Positions 10,737 to 21,412 of a stretch of 27,739 bases of DNA are shown here, in pieces (the first letter of the stretch is position 1; each line of letters opens with the position of its first letter). The position numbers were made by a program, and so were the translations under genes. The DNA lies in assembly GCF_006345805.1 (NCBI RefSeq), contig NW_021832960.1:1-27739 (forward strand), given 5' to 3'. The DNA is from Octopus sinensis. Lineage: Eukaryota. A model generated the notes under the pieces. The model was not told where the DNA came from. It was given only the letters and a program-made list of their open reading frames with translations, and made no database searches.

Positions 10737-10737
<1 letters not shown>
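10530..10737 (+). mobile_element. Penelope-like terminal fragment in a (TA)n tract
   Basis: Pyrimidine-rich ~200-bp unit with a GAAGAGC-GTAG-GCTCGAAACGT motif, bounded by TA tracts. Confidence 0.55.
10602..10639 (+). ncRNA. Minimal hammerhead-like motif (HHR-2), variant core
   Basis: Stem I TCTTT(10602-06)/AAAGA(10635-39); core CTGTCGA (A6 replaced by U) plus extra A; stem II GAGC/GCTC with GTAG loop; GAAA; CGTA (putative GUA triplet). Confidence 0.45.
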
Positions 10738-10774
<37 letters not shown>

Positions 10775-10779
10775 CACAC

Positions 10780-10945
10780 ACGTTGGGCTTCTTTCAGTTT
10801 CCATCTACCAAATCAATTCACAAGGCTTTGGTCAGCCTGAGGCTATAGTAGAAGACATTCACACAAGGTGTCATTCAGTGGGACTGATCCCGGAACCATG
10901 TGGCCGAGGAGCAAGCTTCTTACCACACAACCACACCTGTAGCTA

Positions 10946-11013
<68 letters not shown>

Positions 11014-11180
11014 CATACACATATTGGGCTTCTTTCAGTTTCCGTCTACCAAATCGATTCACAAGGATTTGGTCAGCCTGAGGCTATAGTAGAAGACACT
11101 CACACAAGGCGTCACGCAGTGGGACTGAAAATAGAACCATGTGGTCCAAGAGCAAGCTTCTTACCACACAGCCATGCCTG
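10780..11180 (-). mobile_element. Two tandem SINE family A heads separated by (TA)n
   Basis: The copies at about 10783-10945 and 11022-11180 share private variants (ATTCACAAGG, GGTCAGCCTGAGG, CACACAAGG, AGCAAGCTTCTTACC). Confidence 0.85.
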
Positions 11181-11519
11181 GTAACACAAAAAATGCTTAA
11201 GAACACCTCCTTACCATTTCCCTAACCACTGAAACCATTCACTCGTGTAGCTGACCATCAAACTTGGCACCGGCTTAACTTTCGTAATCTAAATGACATT
11301 CACTGATTACACTGCTAATTAGTGAGTCTTAGAGTTCTCTACTATGACTCTGCTGTGTCTGCTGCAAATTAAAACAACAATACATAGACATTCGTTCACC
11401 AAGTAATTACATGCTCTTAATTAGTTTATTTATTAGTTTTCCGTCTTTGTTTTTTTTTTTTGTTTCTTTCATATTGCTTTTACTTATTAATTAGATTTTA
11501 TGACTTAATATTTCCCCAT

Positions 11520-12240
11520 CATTATTGCCATAACCACCACCACCACCACCACCCCATCACCACCACCACCATAACCACAACTGCTACTGCTGCCACCATT
11601 CTGACCTCTACCGAGGCTGCCCTCGCAACCACCATCACCGCTATCACCACTACAACCACCACCATCAACATCATAGCATCACCACCACCACCTGCACCAC
11701 CACCACCACTGCCATCAACACGGATACTATCACGACCACTACCATCTCCATAACAACCACCATCACCACCACTGACATCACCACTACCATCACCATCACC
11801 ACCACCAACACAACCACCACCACCATCACAATCACCAACACCAGCATCACCACAACAACCACCACCAACACAACCATCATCACCATCGCAATCACCACCA
11901 CCATCACAACCTCCACTGTCACCACCACCACTGCTGCCACCATCACCACCAACACCACCACCACAACCACTACCATCACCACCATTGCCACCACCACCAT
12001 CACCACCATCACAACCTCCGCCATCACCACCACCACCACTGCTGCCACCACCACCACCACCACCATCATCACCACCATCACCACCATCACAACCTCCGCC
12101 ATCACCACCACCATCATCACCACCATCACCTCCATCACAACCACCACCAACACTACCATCACAATCATCACCACCACTGCCACCATCACCACCTCCGCCA
12201 TCACCACTACCACCACCACCACTGCTGCTACCACCATCCA
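11520..12240. repeat. Degenerate (ACC/ATC)n tract with internal duplications
   Basis: About 720 bp of CAC-type triplets; CCATCACAACCTCCGCCATCACCAC recurs within the tract. Confidence 0.95.
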
Positions 12241-12493
12241 GCTTCTTTGCTTTATCCCTATGCACCACCTACCACCAGTGACACACACTACATCTTTTTC
12301 TTCAGAATCTTACATCACTGTCTTCTTTTATAATAAGCCGTAATTTATAGAAGCAACATGTCCGACATATTGCTACAGCCTTATATCTTATATATCTACA
12401 TATGTATGTATATACATATATATTATGTATGTATATAAAAGATGAAAAAGAAAATGGAGATCGGGAAGTTAATAATTGTTATATATATACCTA

Positions 12494-12735
12494 TTCATCA
12501 TCATCATCATCATCATCATCATTTAGCGTCCGCTTTCCATGCTAGCATGGGTTGGACGGTTCAACTGGGGTCTGTGAAGCTGGAAGGGTTCGTCAGGCCC
12601 AGTCAGATCTGGCAGTGTTTCTACGGCTGGATGCCCTTCCTAACGCCAACCACTCAGTGAGTGTAGTGGGTGCTTTTTACGTGCCACCCGCACAGGTGCC
12701 AGACAGAGCTGGCAAACGGCCACGGACAGATGGTG
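12494..12735 (-). mobile_element. RTE-clade LINE 3' end with (GAT)n tail
   Basis: Same tail and GGAAGGGCATCCAGC segment as the other copies. Confidence 0.75.
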
Positions 12736-12860
12736 CTATTATTTTAAGGAAATTAATTCCCAAAAAATATTCGCTATTGAACCAATATTTCCTTAGATGA
12801 AACCATCCCTTCATGAGGTTAACACAACTTCTAATCGAATTTATACACACACACACACAC

Positions 12861-13200
12861 GGACTGTGGCCATGCTGGGGCACCACCTTGAAGTGTTTTG
12901 ATTAAAACAAATCAACCCCAGCACATTTTTCTTTTCCTTCTATTTTTTTTTTTCAGTCAGGTTCTTATTCTATTGGGCTCTTTTGCTGGACTGCTAAGTT
13001 ACAGGGATGTCAGCAAACCAACACCGGTTGCCAGGCAGTGTGTGTGTGTGGGGATGGGGGGGAACAAACACAGTGACACATGGTTCCAGGTTAAGTCCCA
13101 CTGCATGGCACCTTGTACAAACATCTACTGTACCCTGCAGCTGACCAAAGCCTTGAGAGTGCATTTGGTAGAAGGAAACTGAAAGAATCCCATCATGTGT
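12861..13200. mobile_element. SINE family A fragments in opposite orientations
   Basis: Minus-strand body at about 12861-13075 abuts a plus-strand B-box/CORE-like part at about 13080-13195. Confidence 0.7.
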
Positions 13201-13424
13201 GTGTGTGTTTGTTTTTATTCTTTCTTTTTTATATTCTTTTATATGTTTCGGTATGACATGGGTGACTGCTGGTTTTCTATAAACAACCTTACCCGGACTT
13301 GTACATAGGGTTTCTAGGTGCAAACCCATGGTCATTCTTGACCGAAGGATGTCTTTACCCCCCCCCTTTTACCCTATTAATACCAGTGACACAGCAGAAG
13401 TGGTTAGCACACTGGGCAGTCTTA

Positions 13425-13830
13425 GAGTATTAGTAGTAGTAGTAGTAGTAGAAGTCGTAGTAGTCATAGTAGAAGTCGTAGTAGTAGTAGTAATAGTAGT
13501 AGTAGTCGTCGTAGTAGAAGTAGTAGTAGTAGTAGTAGTCATAGTAGAAGTTGTAGTAGTAGTAGTAGTCGTCGTAGTAGTAGTCGTAGTAGTCATAGTA
13601 GAATTCGTAGTAGTAGTAATAGCAGTAGTAGTAGTAGTAGTCGTAGTAGAAGCTGTAGTAGTAGTAGTAATAGTAGTAGTCGTCGTAGTAGTAGTAGTAG
13701 TCGTAGTAGTCATAGTAGAATTCGTAGTAGTAGTAATAGCAGCAGTAGTAGTAGTAGTCGTAGTAGAAGCTGTAGTAGTAATAGTAGTAGTAGTCATCGT
13801 AGTAGTCGTAGTAATAGTAGTAGCAGCAGC
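13425..13830. repeat. (GTA)n tract with a ~117-bp internal duplication
   Basis: GTA/GTC triplets; the marker CATAGTAGAATTCGTAG recurs, with GAATTC at 13601 and 13718. Confidence 0.92.
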
Positions 13831-14356
13831 ATCAACACCATTTGTTGTTGTTGTTGTAAAAAAGCAACGGAGTTACAGAAATGCTAATATGACCAGATTC
13901 AATTTCTTTATTTTTACATCTGGTAATTTTTTTTTTTTTTATACGAAACTCCAAAATCTGAAAATTTTTGTTTGAAGCGAAGCACCATAAATGGTTAAGA
14001 AAAAATTATTTTAAAAAAAAAACCACCGAGAAGAGTTTAAAAGACAAAAAAAAAGAAACAGAAAGGAAGGAAGAAGGTGTGGGTTATAGGTGAGCATAGA
14101 AACGAAAATTGTACAAACATGACAGGAATGTGTAGCAGTTTTATGTGGTTGTTAAAATGGAGAGATTTGTTTTGAAGGAAAGCAAAGCCTCGTCAAAGCA
14201 AAACCGTTATATGTCACGCAACACTGGACTGGCACCAAACACGGTTGTGTAGCTGGAGGGTCAGAGAGAGTGGGGCGGGGGTCTACCTCCCCCCCCCGGG
14301 AAATGTTTTTTTTTTTATAAGGGGTTGCAGTTTTGAGTCTACTGTATTAAAACCCG

Positions 14357-16560
14357 ACTTTGCTTTTCATCCTTTCAGGGTGGTAGATTCAGTACCAGTT
14401 ACGCACTGGGGTCGATGTAATTGACTTAACACCCCTTCGTCCTCTTTCTCCCATCGCTATGTTCTGAGTTCAAATTCCGCCAAGGTCAACTTTGCTTTCC
14501 ATCCTTTCAGGGTCGGTAGATTCAGTACCAGTTATGCACTGGGGTCGATGTAATTGACTTAACACCCCTTCGTCCCCTTTTTCCCATCGCTATGTTCTGA
14601 GTTCAAATTCCGCCAAGGTCAACTTTGCTTTTCATCCTTTCAGGGTCGGTAGATTAAGTACCAGTTACGCACTGGGGTCGATGTAATTGACTTAACACCC
14701 TTCGTCCTCTTTCTCCCCGCTATGTTCTGAGTTCAAATTCCGCCAAGGTCAACTTGCTTCCATCCTTTCAGGGTTGGTAGATTAAGTACCAGTTACGCAC
14801 TGGGGTCGATGTAATTGACTTAACACCCCTTCGTCCTCTTTCTCCCATCGCTATGTTCTGAGTTCAAATTCCGCCAAGGTCAACTTTGCTTTCCATCCTT
14901 TCAGGGTTGGTAGATTAAGTACCAGTTACGCACTGGGGTCGATGTAATTGACTTAACACCCCTTCGTCCTCTTTCTCCCATCGCTATGTTCTGAGTTCAA
15001 ATTCCGCCAAGGTCAACTTTGCTTTCCATCCTTTCAGGGTTGGTAGATTAAGTACCAGTTATGCACTGGGGTCGATGTAATTGACTTAACACCCCTTCGT
15101 CCTCTTTCTCCCATCGCTATGTTCTGAGTTCAAATTCCGCCAAGGTCAACTTGGCTTTCCTCCTTTCAGGGTTGGTAGATTAAGTACCAGTTACGCACTG
15201 GGGTCGATGTAATTGACTTACACCCTTCGTCCTCTTTCTCCCATCGCTATGTTCTGAGTTCAAATTCCGCCAAGGTCAACTTTGCTTTCCATCCTTTCAG
15301 GGTTGGTAGATTCAGTACCAGTTATGCACTGGGGTCGATGTACTTGGACTTAACCACCCTTCGTCCCCTTTTTCCCATCGCTATGTTCTGAGTTCAAATT
15401 CCGCCAATGGTCAACTTTGCTTTCCATCCTTTCAGGGTTGGTAGATTAAGTACCAGTTATGCACTGGGGTCGATGTAATTGACTTAAACCCCTTCGTCCT
15501 CTTTCTCCCATCGCATGTTCTGAGTTCAAATTCGCCAAGGTCAACTTTGCTTTCCATCTTTCAGGGTTGGTAGATTCAGTACCAGTTATGCACTGGGGTC
15601 GATGTAATTACTTAACACCCCTTCGTCTCTTTCTCCCATCGCTATGTTCTGAGTTCAAATTCCGCCAAGGTCAACTTGGCTTTCCATCCTTTCAGGGTTG
15701 GTAGATTAAGTACCAGTTACGCACTGGGGTCGATGTAATTGACTTAACACCCCTTCGTCCTCTTTCTCCATCGCTATGTCTGAGTTCAAATTCCGCCAAG
15801 GTCAACTTTGCTTTCCATCCTTTCAGGGTTGGTAGATTCAGTACCAGTTATGCACTGGGGTCGATGTAATTGACTTAACACCCTTCGTCTCTTTCCCATC
15901 GCTATGTTCTGAGTTCAAATTCCGCCAAGGTCAACTTTGCTTTCCATCCTTTCAGGGTTGGTAGATTAAGTACCAGTTACGCACTGGGGTCGATTTGTAT
16001 TGACTTAACACCCTTCGTCCCCTTTTTCCCATCGCTATGTTCTGAGTTCAAATTCCGCCAAGGTCAACTTTGCTTTTCATCCTTTCAGGGTTGGTAGATT
16101 CAGTACCAGTTATGCACTGGGGTCGATGTAATTGACTTAACACCCCTTCGTCCCCTTTTTCCCATCGCTATGTTCTGAGTTCAAATTCCGCCAAGGTCAA
16201 CTTTGCTTTCCATCCTTTCAGGGTCGGTAGATTAAGTACCAGTTATGCACTGGGGTCGATGTAATTGACTTAACACCCCTTCGTCCTCTTTCTCCCATCG
16301 CTATGTTCTGAGTTCAAATTCCGCCAAGGTCAACTTTGCTTTCCATCCTTTCAGGGTTGGTAGATTCAGTACCAGTTATGCACTGGGGTCGATGTAATTG
16401 ACCTAACCCCTTCGTCCCCTTTCTCCCATCGCTATGTTCTGAGTTCAAATTCCGCCATGGTCAACTTTGCCTTTCATCCTTTCAGGGTCAGTAGATTAAG
16501 TACCAGTTATGCACTGGGGCCGATGTAAGTGACCTCACCTCTTCGTCCAAAATTTCAGGC
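14357..16560 (+). repeat. SINE-derived tandem array (satellite), 17 units of ~133 bp
   Basis: Marker GTTCTGAGTTCAAAT at 14461, 14594, 14724, 14855, 14988, 15121, 15251, 15385, 15517, 15646, 15778, 15906, 16039, 16172, 16305 and 16436 (spacing 128-134). The unit is an internal part of SINE family M. Confidence 0.97.
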
Positions 16561-16575
16561 CTTGTGTCCCGTGAG

Positions 16576-16703
16576 ATCGCAGAATCGTTGGCACACTGGA
16601 CGAAATGCTTAGCGGTATTTCTCTCATCGCTATGTTCTGAGTTCAAATTCCGCCGAGGTCAACTTTGCTTTTCATCCTTTCAGGGTCGGTTAAATAAGTA
16701 CCT
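16576..16703 (+). mobile_element. SINE family M head, 3'-truncated, same subfamily as the array
   Basis: GCAGAATCGTTGGCACACTGGACGAAATGCTTAGCGGTATTTCTCTCATCGCTATGTTCTGAGTTCAAATTCC shares CATCGCTATG and GGTCAACTTTGC with the array units. Confidence 0.85.
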
Positions 16704-16715
16704 AACTGGCTCCCC

Positions 16716-16968
16716 TTGTTGGTGGCACATAAAAAGCACCATTCCAGCTTGGTCGATGCCAGTACTAACTAACTGGCTCCTGTGCCGGTGGCACATAAAA
16801 AACACCCACTACACTCTCGAAGTGGTTGACATTAGGGAGGGCATTCAACTGTAGAAACCTTGCCAGATCACATTAGAGCCTGGTGTAGCCTTCTGGCTTG
16901 CCAGTCCTCAGTTAAACCATCCAACCCATGCCAGCATGGAAAGCGGACGTTAAACGATGATGATGATT
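16716..16968 (+). mobile_element. RTE-clade LINE 3' end
   Basis: Two GTGGCACATAAAAA units, then the tail CCATGCCAGCATGGAAAGCGGACGTTAAACGATGATGATG. Confidence 0.78.
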
Positions 16969-16984
16969 TCTAACAATAGTTATC

Positions 16985-17398
16985 ACTCTCTCTTTTACTT
17001 GTTTCAGTCATTTGACTGTGGCCATGCTGAAGCACCGCCTTTAGTCAATCAAGCAAATCAACCCCAGGACTTATTCTTTGTAAGCCTAGTACTTATTCTA
17101 TTGGTCACTTTTGCCGAACTGCTAAGTTACAGGGACGTAAACACATCAGTATCAGTTGTCAAACGATGCTGGGGGGACAAACACAGACAGACAAACATAT
17201 ACACATACATACATATATATATATACATATATACGATGGGCTTCGTTTCAGTTTCCATCAACCAAATCCACTCACAAGGCTTTGGTCGGCCCGAGGCTTT
17301 AGTAGACGACACTTGCCCAAGGTGCCATGCAGTGGGACTGAACCCGGAACCATGTGGTTGGTAAGCAAGCTACTTACCACACAGCCACTCCTACGCCT
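16985..17398 (-). mobile_element. SINE family A, full-length copy
   Basis: Colinear with 989-1402; possible short TSD TATCA. Confidence 0.9.
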
Positions 17399-17688
17399 AT
17401 CATCCTAATATTTGTACAAATTTGTATGGAAAGATTATGATATTATTGCTGACATGTTTTAGATACTGTAACCCCCGTAAAAGGCAAAAAAGGCCAGAAA
17501 AATCAATAGATTTTTTTTTTTCCTGATGATTTCCAAACAATTATATATTTGCATCTATAAAAATGGGAGGAATTTTAACTTGGAATGTGGAAGAATGGAA
17601 CTAAATACTACAGTGACCTACCATTTCTGCTGCACCATTGCATTTTGCAGATCAACTACAACAACAAAAATGCAACAACAACAACAAC

Positions 17689-17723
<35 letters not shown>

Positions 17724-17844
17724 TATCAATAATAATAACTACAATGGCAGTGGTGATAATGGTATGAGAAGGAATAATAAATAAGAAAACTAATAGCAGC
17801 AATTGTTGCCGTTTTAATACCAACGATAATGAAGTCCTGACCGT

Positions 17845-17981
17845 TTAGTATATATCTATGTATGCATGCATATATATATTTAAGTATGTATGTATGTATA
17901 TATGTATGCATGCATGTATATATTTAAGTATGTATGTATGTATATATGTATGCATGCCTGTATATATTGAAGTATGTATGC

Positions 17982-18021
<40 letters not shown>

Positions 18022-18240
18022 AGTATGTATGTATGTATATATGTATGCATGCATGTATATATTTAAGTATGTATGCATGCATATATATATTTAAGTATGT
18101 ATGTATATATGTATGCATGCATGTATATATTTAAGTATGTATGCATGCATATATATATATATATAGATATATATTTAAGTATTTATGTATGTATCTTCCT
18201 GGCATTCAACAACAGCATATATATATATATATATGTATGT
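17845..18240. repeat. AT-rich minisatellite, ~44-bp unit
   Basis: TTAAGTATGTATG anchor at about 17880, 17924, 17967 (variant), 18019, 18063, 18091, 18131 and 18175, separated by TATG/TGCA/TA runs. Confidence 0.9.
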
Positions 18241-18749
18241 GCGTATGTAATTATATGCCAGCCACATCTGGCATTGTTTAGCTTTACCAAATCTCCATGG
18301 AGATACTGGAAGATCTTATCCACTATTCCAGTCCAGTGGGGAGAGTTTGGTTTTAGCTATCTGCAAGATTGGTGATGTTCTGTCTCTGCAGTGGGGGTGA
18401 GCAAGCAAAAAGCTGCACATTTCAAATCAATATTTACTTGTCTTTGAGATGTTTGGCTGAGCTCGGGCCATAATTGCTGATATTCACTTCCACTTTTTTT
18501 TCTTTCTTCTTTTTTTTTTTTAATCTTTTTCATCCTGTGTTTGTTGCACTTTTATAGAATTTTCTCGAATAGCGATGTTCTGCAATTTGGCAGAGTATTG
18601 AAAAATTAGGAGAATACACCATTTTTATTTAATTCCACTTTGGTTTTGTCTTTTGCAATCTCTGTCTCCACGCCGGTATATTTGGAGACCAGGACACTGG
18701 TACTAACGACTACAAGACATTAATTGGATTTGCATGCCAAAATACTTGG

Positions 18750-19080
18750 ATATGAGACCTATTGAGTCAAGTACATCAATATCGAAATAAATATCAAATG
18801 GAAACTGTAGTTATGATACCTGTGCCGGTGGCACGTAAAAAGCACCATCCGAACGTGGCCGATGCCAGCCTCCCTTGGCACCTGTGCTAGTGGCACCTAA
18901 AAAGCACCCACTACACTCACGGGGTGGTTGGCGTTAAGAAGGGCATCCAGCTGTAGAAACACTGCCAGATCAGACTGGAGCCTGGTGCAGCCTCCTGGCT
19001 TCCCAGATCCCAGTCGGACTGTCCAACCCGTGCTAGCACGGAAAACCGACATTAAACGATGATGATGATGATGATGATGA
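18750..19080 (+). mobile_element. RTE-clade LINE 3' end
   Basis: GAGACCTATTGAGTCAAG start, two hairpin units, GAAGGGCATCCAGCTGTAGAAAC, (GAT)n tail. Confidence 0.8.
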
Positions 19081-19103
19081 TCTCTGTATGTAGATTTTAC
19101 AAT

Positions 19104-19345
19104 TATCATCATCATCGTTTAATGTCCGCCTTCCATGCAGGCATGGATTGGACGGTTTGTCAGGAGCCAGCCAGGCTATTGTGTCTGTTTTGGCAGGGTT
19201 TTTTTTATGGCTGGATGCCCTTCCTAACACCAGCCACACTGCACAGTGGAGTGGGTATTTTTTACATGGCGTGCAGTGCAGGCGAGGTCAGTTTTGGCAG
19301 ATTTTTGTCCTTCCAAATGCCAACCAGTTTACAATGTAGAGTGAG
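19104..19345 (-). mobile_element. RTE-clade LINE 3' end, inverted relative to 18750-19080
   Basis: ATCATCATCATCGTTTAATGTCCGCCTTCCATGC...CTGGATGCCCTTCCTAA is the reverse complement of the family tail. Confidence 0.72.
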
Positions 19346-19561
19346 TGCTTTTTACATGGCACCAGCCCTGCAAGGGTCGCCAAGTAACTTGCAAGACAAG
19401 GGATTTTCACAGAGGGGGCTTTGGAGTAGGGAATTTTGTGTCAGATGATCAAAGGTTAGAGTGTGATGGTTACAGAGAGGCAGAAACAAGTGTCTTGGTT
19501 TAGAGATGGCACTTGGTTACCTGACCAGAGGGGGAGAGGGAGATAGAGGACCGAGCGTGAT

Positions 19562-19944
19562 CATTGCCAAGGCCGCTGACTGGCTCCCATGTCGGTGGCA
19601 CATAAAAAGCACCATTCGAGTGTGATCGTTACCAGCATTGCCTTATTGGCACGTAAAACCAACATTTGAGCAAGGTTGTTGCCAATGCTGCTGGACTGGC
19701 TTCTGTGCAGGGGGCCCATAAAAAGCACCATTTGAGCATGGCCATCACCAGTACCACCTGACTGGCCCTCGTGCTGGTGGCACATAAAAGCACCCACTAC
19801 ACTCTTGGAGTGGTTGGCGTTAGGAAGGGCATCAGCTGTAGAACTCTTGCCAGATCAGATTGGAGCCTGATGCAGCCATCTGGTTCGCCAGTCAAACCAT
19901 CCAACCCATGCCAGCATGGAAAGCAGACGTTACATGATGATGAT
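19562..19944 (+). mobile_element. RTE-clade LINE 3' end with ~4 internal repeat units
   Basis: Repeated GTGGCACATAAAAGCACC-type units, then GGAAGGGCATC and the family tail. Confidence 0.78.
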
Positions 19945-20134
19945 ATCTATTTATGTGTTAGGGTCTTTGTGTCTGTTTTTGTCCCCGCATCACCACTTGA
20001 CATCTGAAACTGGAGTGTTTCTGCCCCTGTAACTTAGCAGTTTGGCTAAAGAGACCGATAGAATAAGAACTAGGCTTACAAAGAATAAATCCTGGGGAGT
20101 CCGTTTGTTGACTAAAGGCGGTGCTCCGGCACAC

Positions 20135-20184
20135 ACACATAAATAGATATATGTATATATATATTGTGGGTGTTATATATATAT

Positions 20185-20249
<65 letters not shown>

Positions 20250-20621
20250 ATATGTATATACATATGTATATGTGTATATATATACATATGTAAATGTGTG
20301 TTAGTGTATATATGTGTGTGTATATATATATGTGTGTGTGTGTGTGTGTTTGTGTATATGTATATATGTGTGTGTTTGTGTATATGTATATATGTGTGTG
20401 TATGTGCTATATGTATATGTATGTATATATATATATATATACACATGTATAAGTATATATATATATATACATATGTATATATACATGTATATATGTGTGT
20501 GTGTATGTATATATATATGTATGTATATGCACACACTTGCATACATTATACATGTGTATGCATGTGTGTCTTTATGCATATGTATAGACACAAAGTTAAA
20601 ATCAATAATGGTTAGCCATAA

Positions 20622-20655
<34 letters not shown>
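20135..20655. repeat. Compound (TA)n/(TG)n/(CA)n tract
   Basis: Direct reading of the sequence. Confidence 0.92.
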
Positions 20656-20660
<5 letters not shown>

Positions 20661-20888
20661 GAGCTCTGCTTTTGATTGGTTATTGGCAAAGGGCTTATAC
20701 TGGTAAGTAATATTTGGCAACGTTACTGGCCATTTCGAGAAATCCTCTTGTAATCTTCCTGCTATCTTCTGACCATTCCTCCTCAAATTGTTATTTTTCT
20801 TTTAATTCTCATCTTATTGAACTATAAATGCTAATCTATTATTATTGTTGTTGTTGTTGCTGTTATTACTATTATTATTATTATTAAT

Positions 20889-21340
20889 AAGGAGGTGAGC
20901 TGACACAATCGTTAGCATGCTGGGCGAAATGCTTAGCGGTGTTTCATCTGTGGTTACGTTCTGAGTTCAAATTCTGCCAAGGTCGACGTTGCCTTTCATC
21001 CTTTCGGGGTCGATAAATTAAGTACCAGTTATGTACTGAGGTCGATATAATCGACTTAATCCGTTTGTCTGTCCTTGTTTGTCCTCTCTATGTTTAACCC
21101 CTTTGTGGGTAGTAAAGAAATAGGTATTTCCTCTGCTGCTACGTTCTGAGTTCAAATTCCGCCGAGGTCGACTTTGCCTTTCATCCTTTCAGGGTTGAGT
21201 AAATAAGTACCAGTTATGCACTGGGATTGATATAATCGACTTAATCCATTTGTCTGTCCTTGTTTGTCCCCTCTGTGTTTAGCTCCTTGTGGGTTGTAAA
21301 GAAATAGGTATTTCGTCTGCCGCTACGTTCTGATGTTCAA
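20889..21340 (+). mobile_element. SINE family M tandem multimer (head, two 185-bp units, start of a third)
   Basis: GTTCTGA marker at 20958, 21143 and 21327. Only the first unit carries the A-box head; junctions fall at ...AAGAAATAGGTATTTC. Confidence 0.9.
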
Positions 21341-21376
21341 TGTAATTTTTTTACCAGTGCTCTAGTGATTCAATCT

Positions 21377-21377
<1 letters not shown>

Positions 21378-21412
<35 letters not shown>

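Noticed and set aside
11190-11370. Minus-strand exon with strong acceptor (TTTAATTTGCAG) and donor (ATG|GTAAGG)
   Set aside because: The full interval has stops in all three frames. The shorter alternative gives an unrecognised 24-aa peptide.
11522-12288. Gly/Asp/Cys-rich ORF with GGGCDGGD repeats resembling a structural protein
   Set aside because: The recurring motif is explained by local duplication within a triplet microsatellite. There is no signal peptide, the reading drifts into poly-Val, and other frames are equally open.
13328-13975. Mucin-like poly-Thr ORF (with NST sequons) and poly-Val ORF
   Set aside because: These are translations of (GTA)n with an internal duplication. No convincing splice sites or signal peptide.
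14357-16560. CRISPR-like array
   Set aside because: The units are near-identical over their whole length with no unique spacers, there are no cas genes, the context is eukaryotic, and the unit is SINE-derived.
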